Shown one piece after another: positions 1-9,063 of a stretch of DNA of 64,000 bases. Location: the NCBI GenBank assembly GCA_041742075.1, contig JBGSJJ010000016.1, positions 19,128-83,127 on the forward strand. Direction: 5' to 3'. Position numbers and translations under genes: made by a program. The stretch's first letter is position 1. The number at the start of each line of letters is the position of its first letter. This DNA is from Minisyncoccia bacterium (GTDB lineage: Bacteria; Patescibacteriota; Minisyncoccia; Phycocordibacterales; UBA918). The notes beneath the pieces were generated by a model, which was given only the letters and a program-made list of their open reading frames with translations, did no database searches and was not told the origin of the DNA.

Positions 1-1635
1 CTTGGTCAAAATTCCGGTTCTTACGAACAAACACCAGTGTTTGGTATTGAGACTGACTGGATTAATGGGGCTTTTAATTCCCGGCGTTCACAAGCGGAAT
101 TCAATGTTTATGATGCTACGAGTTCTCGTACTTTCCTAAGTGTCTCAACAGATGGTGCAAATCCAGTACTTATTTTTAACCCTGACGGCGGCAACGTTGG
201 GATTGGTACCAGCACTCCTTCAAGTAAACTTACTGTTGTTGGTGTAATTGAAACAACCGGCGGAATCCGTTTTGCCGATGGCACACTACAAACAACTGCC
301 GCCACTAGTAGCAGCGGTAGTGGCGGAAGCTCGATGGTATCTGGTTGGCCGGATAGCATCCTTTGTACCTCAAGTACCTACGGAGAAAGACCCCTATATC
401 TTGCTAACGGACCCTTCAATGGTGACGGTCATTATTACTACTCAAATGGTCCTAACATTATTGAGTATGATGCAAGTGGTGTCTTCGTCAGTCAGACTGC
501 ACTCGGTAGCCTCGACAACTGTTTCACCGACATCGCCACTCTCTACTCCGAGGGTCGAGCCTTCAACTTTGTTGGTGGCGGTGGTAATCTCTGGACCGCC
601 AGTAGTTCAGATATATTCTTTGGCGGCGACAACGTCGGCATCGGCACCTCTTCGCCAGCATATAAACTTACCGTCTCTCACAATGTTGACTCAAGTACCA
701 CGCCAGGAATTTTCCTTGAAAATACCAGTACTGGTGGATCAGCAGCAACCATGCTCACCTTAAGAAATGATGACGGAGCCGAAGGAGGAATTTTCCTCAG
801 TGGCTCAAATAATTCAGGTATCGGTTTAGCCAATCAAACTGCCTTTTCTGGCTCTGAAGGAGTTGTAATCATGACAAATGGTGGTGTTGCAAACGGCGGT
901 ACTGATACCTTCTCTGTCCGCGTCGGTGGGTTTGCTGAAGACAATGTGCGCCTCACAATCACTTCTACTGGCAACGTCGGTATCGGGACTACTACGCCTT
1001 CCGCTCAACTCACGACCACAGGCACGGTACGCTTCGCTTCGCTTGGTAGTGCTGGCGCAAACCTTATTACCGACACTGATGGCAATGTCACCGTTTCTTC
1101 TGACGAACGCCTTAAGGACATTCAAGACACTTTTGACTCTGGACTAAGTGCCATACTTGGTATTGAACCGATTAAGTACAAATGGAATGCAACCAGTGGA
1201 ATGGAAACGCAAAACGTCTACACTGGGTTCTCAGCTCAAAATATACTCGCTTCCATACCGGAAGCGGTTGCAGAGGATAGTCGTGGTTATCTCACACTCT
1301 CCGACCGACCTATCCTGGCTGCGGTAGTGAATGCAATCAAGGAACTCTTTGCAATGGTAACCGGTATTGAAACGAAAGTAGAGATACTCGAAGAACAAAA
1401 TGAAGAACTCAAAGCCCGCATCGAAGCCCTAGAAGCGGAGCAGGGGATAGTACCACCTGAGCCAGAATCAACTCCTGAACCGGAACCTGAGCCAGCACCT
1501 ACTCTAGAAGAAGAGCCTGAACCGGAAGTAGAACCAATGCCAGAACCAGAGCCAGAAGAAATTGTCCCAGAACCAGAACCAGAAGCACTAGAACCAGCGC
1601 CAGAACCGACTCCTGAACTAGAACCGGAAGTTTAG
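1..1635 (+). CDS. Surface or tail-fibre-like repeat protein, 5' end likely outside the window. It has repeated 'NVGIGT(S/T)xPxxKLTV' beta-rich motifs, a C-terminal Peptidase_S74-type intramolecular chaperone domain, and a Pro/Glu-rich (PEPEPEP) tail.
   Basis: The reading frame is open from base 1; the ORF track starts at 37. The motif 'SSDERLKDIQDTF...GIEPIKYKWN...GFSAQNI..IPEAV' followed by 'LEEQNEELKARIEALE' matches the S74 chaperone domain of endosialidase/tail-fibre proteins. The 3' end is a low-complexity PE repeat. Confidence 0.55.
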   Translation, partial: LGQNSGSYEQTPVFGIETDWINGAFNSRRSQAEFNVYDATSSRTFLSVSTDGANPVLIFNPDGGNVGIGTSTPSSKLTVVGVIETTGGIRFADGTLQTTAATSSSGSGGSSMVSGWPDSILCTSSTYGERPLYLANGPFNGDGHYYYSNGPNIIEYDASGVFVSQTALGSLDNCFTDIATLYSEGRAFNFVGGGGNLWTASSSDIFFGGDNVGIGTSSPAYKLTVSHNVDSSTTPGIFLENTSTGGSAATMLTLRNDDGAEGGIFLSGSNNSGIGLANQTAFSGSEGVVIMTNGGVANGGTDTFSVRVGGFAEDNVRLTITSTGNVGIGTTTPSAQLTTTGTVRFASLGSAGANLITDTDGNVTVSSDERLKDIQDTFDSGLSAILGIEPIKYKWNATSGMETQNVYTGFSAQNILASIPEAVAEDSRGYLTLSDRPILAAVVNAIKELFAMVTGIETKVEILEEQNEELKARIEALEAEQGIVPPEPESTPEPEPEPAPTLEEEPEPEVEPMPEPEPEEIVPEPEPEALEPAPEPTPELEPEV

Positions 1636-1749
1636 CGTCTACCTTGACAAATCATTAAAATATAGGTACTTTGGGGCTCGGAATGACCGCATCCTGTGGT
1701 CATAATTCTCTATATCTAGAGCCGTAGAATCGGCAGAAGGGGGAGAACG

Positions 1750-3285
1750 ATGAGGTTCTTTGATAACTGTAAGTATGGAGGAGTACTCGGTTGTTTGCTC
1801 GCCTCAAGCGGGCTGGCATCACCGGTCTCGGCCGAGGTTCGCTTCGGCCTTGCGAAAGACCTGGAGTGGAGCAGTGTCGAGCACCGAGCTCTGATGGAGC
1901 AATATGGTGTGGAGATTCCAACCGTCTACTACAACTTGCTTTCACCAGCGAACGTGAAGAATCCGTACGACTGGGTGCAGGTCGAATATCTCGACAAAGG
2001 GTTCGAGACGGTAATCGTCACTCTACTTCTCAATGGTACGGACGAGAGTAGTGCTCAGAGAAGTGAGACGAGCTCCGAAAACGGCAATCGTGCCAAGGGC
2101 AACCATACCGAGATCATCGGCGGGAAGTATGATGAACAGCTCCGTATCCTTGCGAGCGAGATTGCTCGCGACGGACGGCGTGTCTACGTCAACGTCTTTC
2201 ACGAGTTCGATGGTGATTGGTTCGATTGGGGTATCTATGCCGAAGGCAACTCCGTCGAGTCGTTTATCTTGGCGTACGAACATGTGCGTCAGATTTTCTA
2301 CGACGCCAAAGCGCCGGTTGACTTTCTTCTTAACCCTAACCGCCTCGACGGCAAACAGCAGGTGATGGGTGACATCGACGCGTGGTTTCCACGTATCGAT
2401 CCACTCGTTGCAGGGTATGCTGTCTCAAACTACGATCGGGGTTGTACCACAGCTCTGCGAACCAAGCGAGAGCTATTTGCGGAGAAGTTTGGGCCGGCCT
2501 ACGATAAACTGGCTGCCCTGACGAAAAAACCAATCAACTTGGCAGAGGTCGCGACAAGCGGTCTGTGCGGACCACGTGAACCGTGGTACGAGGAAATGCT
2601 TGCCTCCATCTTGGTCTGGTATCCGCAAGTCGACATCGTGACCTTCTACTTTGGTACTGTTCCAGTCGGAGCAGCATCAAACACCGTTCCGATTGTCTGG
2701 GGTTTCCCAACTGATGAAGGTAAGGCGTGGCTGAAGGATCTTGTCCGGCGCTTCAAGGAGCGCGAATCAGCGCTAAGTGAAGTACGAGTGGTAGAAGTAC
2801 CAGTTTCGGCGCCAGAACAACTCGGCGCACGTACCGCAACAGTGCCTGTCTACAGTGCTCCACCTCTGACGCCGCGTGTTACCACCGAGGGTTTCGGTGT
2901 GACTGCGGAAATCGAATCCCCGTGGTCTATCTTTGTCACTGCCGGTTTCGGCGTCGAGTTTGACGCTGATGCGTCTGATGACAGTTCGGGTGCGTTCACA
3001 CGCTTTGTGGCGCGGAAAGGTATTCGTTGGCCGGCCGGACAGTTGTTTGGTTTGCCTGCGAAGCACGGCTTTGATGCTTCTCTGAGTGGTGCATTCACTC
3101 CCGACGAAGCGTACCTGGCTCCTGGAATTCGACACGTTGTTGATTTCCAACTGCCGCGGACACGCTTCGATTGGGGTAGTGTCTCGTACCAGACTGGTTG
3201 CGAGTATCGTGTTCATTTCGACGGCGACGAAGATCCTCGCTGCACGAGCGGACTCGTCTTCAACGCTGGGGGTGACGGACGCTGA
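1750..3285 (+). CDS. Secreted glycoside hydrolase, GH26-like (clan GH-A), with an extra C-terminal domain.
   Basis: N-terminal signal peptide. 'VNVFHEFDGDWFDWG' resembles the GH26 'HEMNGxWFxWG' acid/base motif. 'PINLAEVATSG' is a candidate nucleophile strand. Confidence 0.45.
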   Translation: MRFFDNCKYGGVLGCLLASSGLASPVSAEVRFGLAKDLEWSSVEHRALMEQYGVEIPTVYYNLLSPANVKNPYDWVQVEYLDKGFETVIVTLLLNGTDESSAQRSETSSENGNRAKGNHTEIIGGKYDEQLRILASEIARDGRRVYVNVFHEFDGDWFDWGIYAEGNSVESFILAYEHVRQIFYDAKAPVDFLLNPNRLDGKQQVMGDIDAWFPRIDPLVAGYAVSNYDRGCTTALRTKRELFAEKFGPAYDKLAALTKKPINLAEVATSGLCGPREPWYEEMLASILVWYPQVDIVTFYFGTVPVGAASNTVPIVWGFPTDEGKAWLKDLVRRFKERESALSEVRVVEVPVSAPEQLGARTATVPVYSAPPLTPRVTTEGFGVTAEIESPWSIFVTAGFGVEFDADASDDSSGAFTRFVARKGIRWPAGQLFGLPAKHGFDASLSGAFTPDEAYLAPGIRHVVDFQLPRTRFDWGSVSYQTGCEYRVHFDGDEDPRCTSGLVFNAGGDGR

Positions 3286-3332
3286 GTGATGAAAGAAAGC
3301 ACGCAGTGTAATCAAACCTGAAGGGAGGGGAA

Positions 3333-4706
3333 ATGGGTAAAGTCTACTACGACCTCTTCCTGAAGGGGGTTATAAGCTGGTTTGTTGTTATTTGGTTTTT
3401 GATTGCCGGAGTGATGGCGCATCGTCGCTTTGAGGGTTGGCTCTACGAGCAGCACGAACGTGACGTTGTAGCACCACGGCGACGTCACGCAGTGCATGTC
3501 CATAAGCGTAAACACGACGCGACCACTATCGTCACGTGTGCTAAAGAGGATCCTGAAGTGTTCGAGCTTGCTATGCGCAAGTTGCGGGCACAGAAGGGAC
3601 TCAGAAAGCACGCCATCATCGTGATCATGGATGCCATCGACGACCCAAACAACCCAAGTCCCGACGACCGTCGGTGCTTGGAGATTGCGAAGTGCTACGC
3701 AGACCTTGTCTACATAACGAATGCTCGCGATAAGCGACTGAACCTCTCAAACGGAGTCAGGTTAGCTCGCGAACGCGGTCTTCTCTATGACCGACTCGCG
3801 CTGATGGACTCTGACACGGTCTGTGACCATGACTGGGTAATGGCGTATCTAGCGTATGAGTTTGAGAACCCGGTGGTGGGTGGTGCGACGACTGCTCAGC
3901 GTTGCCTTAAGGTGGGTACCGGGCCGGAGCGTATCAGCGACTGGCTCGAGAATGCTCGCCTCAAGTCTTCGATGGCGGCGGGCAGTCGGCATGGCCAGGT
4001 GGGCTGTTTACCTGGTCGTTTGTACATGGTGCGTACAGTGCTGGTAGAGGAGTTCATCGTACATGAACTCCCGAATGAAGTCTGGACGGGTCTTCGGCCG
4101 ACGCTCCACTTTCCGTTCTATGAGCGCTGGTCAGTGAAGTGTAAAGCTGGTGACGATCGCGCGATTACCAACTGCATCTTGCGACAGAACTATCGTACGG
4201 TACTGGTGCTGGAAGCTGGGGTGAAAACCCTTGTCCCTGATACCTACCGTAAGTTGTGGCGCACGTGGCGTCGCTGGGGTACGTCTTCGCAAGGCTACGT
4301 ACAACGGACCCTCTTCGGTCCTGAGACGTGGCTGTGGCGTAAAAAGTTTGTGCTGTACCACTACGTAACGGACATCCTAATTAGTCATGCCAGCGTCGCG
4401 CTTGTGCTGGGGTGGTTCTACTCGCTCTTTGCGAGCAACGAGAAGATGCTCCTGCCACTGTCGGCGATGGTGTTCCTTAGTTTCTTCGGCATGATGGCGA
4501 CGTTCACTATCAGGCAGTGGGCGCACTTACGCGAGCAGCCCTGGGACTTCTTTCTACTTCCTCGCTTCGTGGGGGTGGTGACGCTCGCTCAGTTCGTTCG
4601 AGTAGCGGCGTTCTGGACACCGTGGCATATCGGTACCTGGTCTACCCGGCAAGGGGTCGACGACGCGGTTGATTCAGTCTACGTTGTAGAGTACCTGGGT
4701 GCTTGA
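3333..4706 (+). CDS. Membrane family-2 glycosyltransferase of the NodC / hyaluronan-synthase / chitin-synthase type.
   Basis: N- and C-terminal TM segments. 'DSDTVCDHDW' is DxD-like. 'GDDRAITNCIL..YRT' matches the GT2 'G(E/D)DRxLTN' motif. 'WRTWRRW' lies at the Q(Q/R)xRW position. Confidence 0.6.
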   Translation: MGKVYYDLFLKGVISWFVVIWFLIAGVMAHRRFEGWLYEQHERDVVAPRRRHAVHVHKRKHDATTIVTCAKEDPEVFELAMRKLRAQKGLRKHAIIVIMDAIDDPNNPSPDDRRCLEIAKCYADLVYITNARDKRLNLSNGVRLARERGLLYDRLALMDSDTVCDHDWVMAYLAYEFENPVVGGATTAQRCLKVGTGPERISDWLENARLKSSMAAGSRHGQVGCLPGRLYMVRTVLVEEFIVHELPNEVWTGLRPTLHFPFYERWSVKCKAGDDRAITNCILRQNYRTVLVLEAGVKTLVPDTYRKLWRTWRRWGTSSQGYVQRTLFGPETWLWRKKFVLYHYVTDILISHASVALVLGWFYSLFASNEKMLLPLSAMVFLSFFGMMATFTIRQWAHLREQPWDFFLLPRFVGVVTLAQFVRVAAFWTPWHIGTWSTRQGVDDAVDSVYVVEYLGA

Positions 4707-4769
4707 CAGGTGTAGAGTACATGGCAAAATAGGTGTAGATACCGCAACAATAGTTCTTGGAGGCGCCTG

Positions 4770-5120
4770 ATGGCATACACGACTTTCCAGCCGGGCGTGC
4801 TCGTTGCACGCCCGCACAATCGAGCAGCGAAAACGCTCGCGAACATGCTCCGACTGGTGGATCCGGAGCAGCGGCTCATCGCCCACTACCAGCGTCTGCT
4901 GGCGGAGGGTGTGCGCAGCACCCCAGCGGTGCTCTTGAGGGGCAAAGAGAAGCCCTTCTCGATCGTCTCGCCGCCGACGGCGAGCAACCCACTCTGGGTC
5001 CTGCGCGGTGGGTCCAAGCTCGGTCATGGCGACGTGGTCGAGCGTCTGCCCGACTTCGAAGTCTCGTTCGAGCAGATCCGTCAGCTCGGCACGATGAACG
5101 AGCTCTCCGGGCACAACTGA
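4770..5120 (+). CDS. Hypothetical protein (116 aa).
   Basis: Intact ORF followed by an intrinsic terminator at 5147-5180. No recognisable motif. Confidence 0.35.
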   Translation: MAYTTFQPGVLVARPHNRAAKTLANMLRLVDPEQRLIAHYQRLLAEGVRSTPAVLLRGKEKPFSIVSPPTASNPLWVLRGGSKLGHGDVVERLPDFEVSFEQIRQLGTMNELSGHN

Positions 5121-5146
5121 CCAAACCGCTAGCTTAGGCTGGCCCC

Positions 5147-5180
5147 GGGCGCGACCTAATAAGTCGCGCCTTTTCTTTTT
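5147..5180 (+). terminator. Rho-independent terminator.
   Basis: GGCGCGAC-CTAATAA-GTCGCGCC hairpin followed by TTTTCTTTTT. Confidence 0.6.
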
Positions 5181-5342
5181 ATATACATAGACCAAATAGC
5201 TAACAGGGGAGGGGAGTAGATTCGTCACTTTGTAAAACCTTTCATTCGAATGAAAGGTTTTGGGGGTACCGATATAGCGTAAAAGAGGTACATACAGCGT
5301 ATGATTTTGTGGAGTGTGGGGTGGTGGTGTACATTAGAGTAA

Positions 5343-6131
5343 ATGAAAATAGGATTTTTTGATTCTGGACTCGGGGGACTGACTATTCTAAAGGCAGTTG
5401 CTACACACCTGCCTGAGTATGACTACGAGTACTACGGGGACACCGCTAACCTGCCGTATGGTGATAAAACAGAAGAGGAGATATATGAGCTCACAAAGCA
5501 GGGGATGGAGCATCTCTTTGAACGGGACTGCCTCTTGGTCATTATTGCCTGCAACACTGCTTCAGCAGAAACACTACGACAACTACAAGACACCTTTTTA
5601 CCAAGTGAGTACCCTGACCGAAAGATTCTCGGTGTCGTTATCCCGATGGTAGAGGAGGTAGTAGACTGTAACGCCAAACGTGCAGTGCTTATTGCCACCA
5701 AGCGTACGGTGGAGTCTCGTAAGTACGACCGAGAGTTTGCTAAGTTTGCTACTGCGCCAGAACTTGTTTCTATTGCAACGCCCCAACTCGTGCCACTCAT
5801 AGAGCAGGGTAAGTTAGAGGAAGCGGTAGAGGAAGTCTGTCCGATGGTTGACGAACTCATAGCTAGGGGAGGGGATTCACTTTTGCTCGGATGCACCCAC
5901 TATACACTCCTTAAGGAGCCACTTACCAATCGCTACGGCGAACAACTAATGGTTTTTTCACAAGCGGAAATTATCCCTATGAAGCTCGCAAGCTACTTAC
6001 ATAAGCATTCAGAAATAGCAGAAGCTTTGTCTCGAGGTGGAACCCGAAATATTTATTTTTCCAAACAACAAGTGGGGTATGACCGGATTGTTGAACGTCT
6101 CTTAGGCGGAATTATTGCCCAGTTTGACTAG
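5343..6131 (+). CDS. murI: Glutamate racemase.
   Basis: 'MKIGFFDSGLGGLTIL', 'YYGDTANLPYG', 'IIACNTAS' and 'LLLGCTHY' are the canonical MurI motifs. Confidence 0.9.
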   Translation: MKIGFFDSGLGGLTILKAVATHLPEYDYEYYGDTANLPYGDKTEEEIYELTKQGMEHLFERDCLLVIIACNTASAETLRQLQDTFLPSEYPDRKILGVVIPMVEEVVDCNAKRAVLIATKRTVESRKYDREFAKFATAPELVSIATPQLVPLIEQGKLEEAVEEVCPMVDELIARGGDSLLLGCTHYTLLKEPLTNRYGEQLMVFSQAEIIPMKLASYLHKHSEIAEALSRGGTRNIYFSKQQVGYDRIVERLLGGIIAQFD

Positions 6132-6214
6132 CTTTCGCATGACTGTTTGACGTTAATACGAGAGCTTGTTACATTTGAAACTAGAGTAGTCCTCAAAGTA
6201 TCAAGGAGACTATT

Positions 6215-6676
6215 GTGGGAAGAAGAGAAATACGCTCACTGCATGTATTGCTAATGTTTACTTTACTTATACTGAACACACTCTTTACCCAAAAGGTATG
6301 GGCAGAAGAAAGGATAGTTGATATACCACTAAGTGAGCAGGTTACGCGAACAGTTATCGCGTATAAACCATTCATGATGTGTGGTGACAGACAGAGTCTT
6401 ATTGGTTTTAACACGTTAGACCCGGAGACTCTCTTTGAAAAGTGCCAAATGGTGAGTATGCAAACCAGTGATGCATTTTTGCTTGAGATTACATACCAGG
6501 TTCAAGCGGAAGCAACGTATCAAGTGAGAGAGCAAGTATATTCCTTTTATGTTGCAACAATTGTGTCGATTCGGAATCTTGCGGGCGAAGTAGAACAAAG
6601 TGATGAGTTGAATCGTGATTTTGCCCTACACCCCAAGTGGGTCTTTGTTCGCAAAAGTAACCAAGGAGCCAGCTGA
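6215..6676 (+). CDS. Secreted hypothetical protein (GTG start).
   Basis: AAGGAG lies 7 nt upstream of GTG at 6215. The N-terminal signal peptide ends in '..VWA'. Confidence 0.45.
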   Translation: MGRREIRSLHVLLMFTLLILNTLFTQKVWAEERIVDIPLSEQVTRTVIAYKPFMMCGDRQSLIGFNTLDPETLFEKCQMVSMQTSDAFLLEITYQVQAEATYQVREQVYSFYVATIVSIRNLAGEVEQSDELNRDFALHPKWVFVRKSNQGAS

Positions 6677-6766
6677 TGTCGTCGTGGCTGTTACACTGCA
6701 GATATGTGTGCACAGCACGTGTAACTCACTGTCTACTAGATAGTCTACAGAGGAGTCGATAGGCAG

Positions 6767-7075
6767 ATGAATTGTCTAGCAGAAAAAGAAAAATTTCTGT
6801 GTGTGCCGGCTGGTCAGCATGAGAGGCTTGGAGAGCCGTTTCCTGTACTACTGCTAAGTGGCCTCAGTGTGTCTGTTGTCGAAGCGGTGTGCGTTCAAGC
6901 TCTTCGACACAGACGTGCAGCTTATACACTTCCGCTACTCACTTCTGCCTTCAGCTACCAGGTAGTGATAGAAAAGGGGGGGGCATGTGGCGCTGGTGCA
7001 ACCACTTGCTGTATCCAAGCTGATACCGATTGTAGAATTCGAGTAACGACAGAAGCGAATGTAAGGCAACCGTAG
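6767..7075 (+). CDS. Cys-rich hypothetical small protein (102 aa) with an internal G8 homopolymer tract.
   Basis: GAGGAG lies about 10 nt upstream of the ATG. Seven Cys residues. A terminator hairpin sits 25 nt after the stop. Coding status is uncertain. Confidence 0.3.
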   Translation: MNCLAEKEKFLCVPAGQHERLGEPFPVLLLSGLSVSVVEAVCVQALRHRRAAYTLPLLTSAFSYQVVIEKGGACGAGATTCCIQADTDCRIRVTTEANVRQP

Positions 7076-7098
7076 TGACTACGCATAATGAAGCAGGT

Positions 7099-7130
7099 AA
7101 GGTCGGCAAAATTCGCCGACCTTTGTTTTC
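7099..7130 (+). terminator. Rho-independent terminator.
   Basis: AGGTCGGC-AAAATT-GCCGACCT followed by TTGTTTTC. Confidence 0.55.
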
Positions 7131-7195
7131 GTACGTTCTTAAGTGGTCACGTGAGGGGATAGGGCTTTAACGCTCGCTTTAATGGATTACTGAAT

Positions 7196-7281
7196 GTCGC
7201 ACAATATATCTTTTGCGACACAGACAGCTACGCATTCATGCCCCGCTGTCTATGTCGCAAAAGATCGGCGCGATTGTGCGA
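7196..7281. ncRNA. Candidate structured RNA or regulatory element: a long nested imperfect hairpin of about 86 nt, with a third partial repeat copy at 7309-7330.
   Basis: GTCGCACAAT...ATTGTGCGAC form an outer 10-bp inverted repeat. ATCTTTTGCGACA...TGTCGCAAAAGAT form a 13-bp inverted repeat. CAGACAGC...GCTGTCT forms the inner stem. The element lies in a roughly 900-bp gene-poor stretch. Confidence 0.3.
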
Positions 7282-7603
7282 CGGTTGGCATGTTTACTAC
7301 CAAACGTACGCACAATCGCTTTTCGACATAGAGTATGGGGTCAGGTCCCCTGCGTACTGTATTCAGTAAATGATATTGCGAATGTGCAATGGAGGCTAAG
7401 TTGATTCTGGTCTATTGCGTACCTAAGCTAAACCTCGCGTACATGTGTGTGAGTGACGTCTGGGTTGTTCTAAGTTTCGAATTACATTTCTTGGATTTAT
7501 TGTACTTAAAATTTTGTTTCTCAAACTAGCATTTTGACTCGCAAGTGGATTACGTGTACTCTACCTGCCAGACGTCTCTGTAAACCTTTTGGAGATCAAA
7601 ACC

Positions 7604-7960
7604 ATGACGACTGTCGTAACGTTTGGGGTCAGCCCCGCTACCATGGTTACGTTCCTGAACGAGGAGCTCCGTAAGTATGGTCTTGAGTACCACGTAGATG
7701 GCAACAACCACGCCTGTATCCAAACGATGCCTGCGGTAAGTCCGAGCGACACATTTTTTGGTTTGCTCAAGGACCTCATTGTCGGATCAGGCGAAGCGCC
7801 CTGTAAGGTAGCACGAGTTGACTTCCCGTCTCGCTCAAATAGTGCAGAGCTCCGCATTACCATGCTTGCGCTGTCGTATCGAGAAAAAATTACTGCAGTG
7901 GCTGACTTGTATCTTGAGAAATTTGGCACGCAAGGAGCTGCTGTCCGCATTGACGTTTAG
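7604..7960 (+). CDS. Hypothetical protein (118 aa).
   Basis: A GGAG RBS precedes the ATG at 7604. A terminator immediately follows. No recognisable motif. Confidence 0.45.
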   Translation: MTTVVTFGVSPATMVTFLNEELRKYGLEYHVDGNNHACIQTMPAVSPSDTFFGLLKDLIVGSGEAPCKVARVDFPSRSNSAELRITMLALSYREKITAVADLYLEKFGTQGAAVRIDV

Positions 7961-7989
7961 ACTTCCAGGCTCACCACTGAGCTCGCAAA

Positions 7990-8020
7990 CGGCCTCATAC
8001 GTATGGGGCCGTTTTTCTTT
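7990..8020. terminator. Bidirectional intrinsic terminator between convergent genes.
   Basis: GGCCTCATAC/GTATGGGGCC palindrome followed by TTTTTCTTT. Confidence 0.55.
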
Positions 8021-8034
8021 GCGTCGTATCCACC

Positions 8035-9057
8035 TTACTCTTTAGGTAATGTTGGCGTCACTTCAAATGGTTGAAACGATACTCGTACACCTGATTCTGC
8101 ATACGCTTGAATAAGGTTTCTGTACGTATCACTGCCAACCAACTCCTCTGCGGATTTGTCTTGCGATTCTACAATCCAAGTCGTAATAGCGTTGTTTAAA
8201 TTATCATTCACAACAAAATAGCCACCACCATGATTCTTCATGTCTGAAATAGAGTCATTCAGCTCAGTCATCTCCCCTGTTCCACCTTGAGCATTGATTA
8301 TTTTAAAGGAGTTATAGCCTAGAATTGTTTTGCGGTAATCGAGGTAGGCTTCAGGTGCTAACTCAGCCCATTTTTCCGGCGGATATTGTTCGTACGTCCA
8401 AACACCGAGTGGGTCGATCACCCTTTCTGTGTATGTGATAGTTGCATTAAAATTTCTTGAAATGAGGTTTAGGTATGTCTGTGTATTCTTGCGCATCACT
8501 TTGTCTGTATCGCCATGAATCCCCATACCAGTGTACCCGTTTGAAGGTGGGGCTGAAATAGTTTTACTACGAGTAACAACTGAGTCATTGTTTGAGGAAG
8601 CAACTTTAATTGAATGAATAGGATGTGTGTGTACTGACTCGAGTTCAACGACACGTATCTCGTCACCTGTTCGTGAAGCAGAAAGGATTTCCGCTAAGTT
8701 TAAAACTGATGTAACACGTTCGGCTTCCCCGGTAGTGGAAATCCAAAAACCTTCAGCATCAGAAAGTTTTACAAAGTACGCTCCTGTCTCCACGGTGTCT
8801 TCCAGTGCTCCCTTATGTAGTAGCGCTATCCCTTCTTCGTATGTTGCGTTACTTGGAATTTCCGCCGACTCTACCTTTTCAGCGCTCGCTATTGCACCCA
8901 GGATGACAGCTGTGGTGTAGGTAAGATTTCGTGCTTTGTCCATATAGCCACCTTGAACTTTTTCTAAAACAGAAAAATTTAGGGGCTGTAAGTCTCTTTC
9001 GTCTAGTAGGTGTCGAACTGTTGGAGATTCAAGTTTTGAGACAGTTTCAAAGCCCAT
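8035..9057 (-). CDS. Hypothetical protein (340 aa), last gene of the gltX-M23 operon.
   Basis: Long intact ORF 6 nt downstream of the M23 peptidase gene. No confident motif. Confidence 0.5.
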   Translation of the reverse strand: MGFETVSKLESPTVRHLLDERDLQPLNFSVLEKVQGGYMDKARNLTYTTAVILGAIASAEKVESAEIPSNATYEEGIALLHKGALEDTVETGAYFVKLSDAEGFWISTTGEAERVTSVLNLAEILSASRTGDEIRVVELESVHTHPIHSIKVASSNNDSVVTRSKTISAPPSNGYTGMGIHGDTDKVMRKNTQTYLNLISRNFNATITYTERVIDPLGVWTYEQYPPEKWAELAPEAYLDYRKTILGYNSFKIINAQGGTGEMTELNDSISDMKNHGGGYFVVNDNLNNAITTWIVESQDKSAEELVGSDTYRNLIQAYAESGVRVSFQPFEVTPTLPKE

Positions 9058-9063
9058 GCGTGT

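Noticed and set aside
248-5137. Antisense or overlapping shadow ORFs (for example 248..763, 2033..2365, 2773..3315, 3856..4047, 4757..5137 and 4674..5228).
   Set aside because: They are embedded in, or antisense to, longer ORFs that have clear domain motifs (S74, GH26, GT2). Their compositions are typical of out-of-frame translation of GC-rich coding DNA.
7213-7404. ORF 7213..7404 (63 aa).
   Set aside because: It lies entirely within the nested inverted-repeat structure, has no RBS and is Arg-rich, so it is more likely a non-coding structural region.
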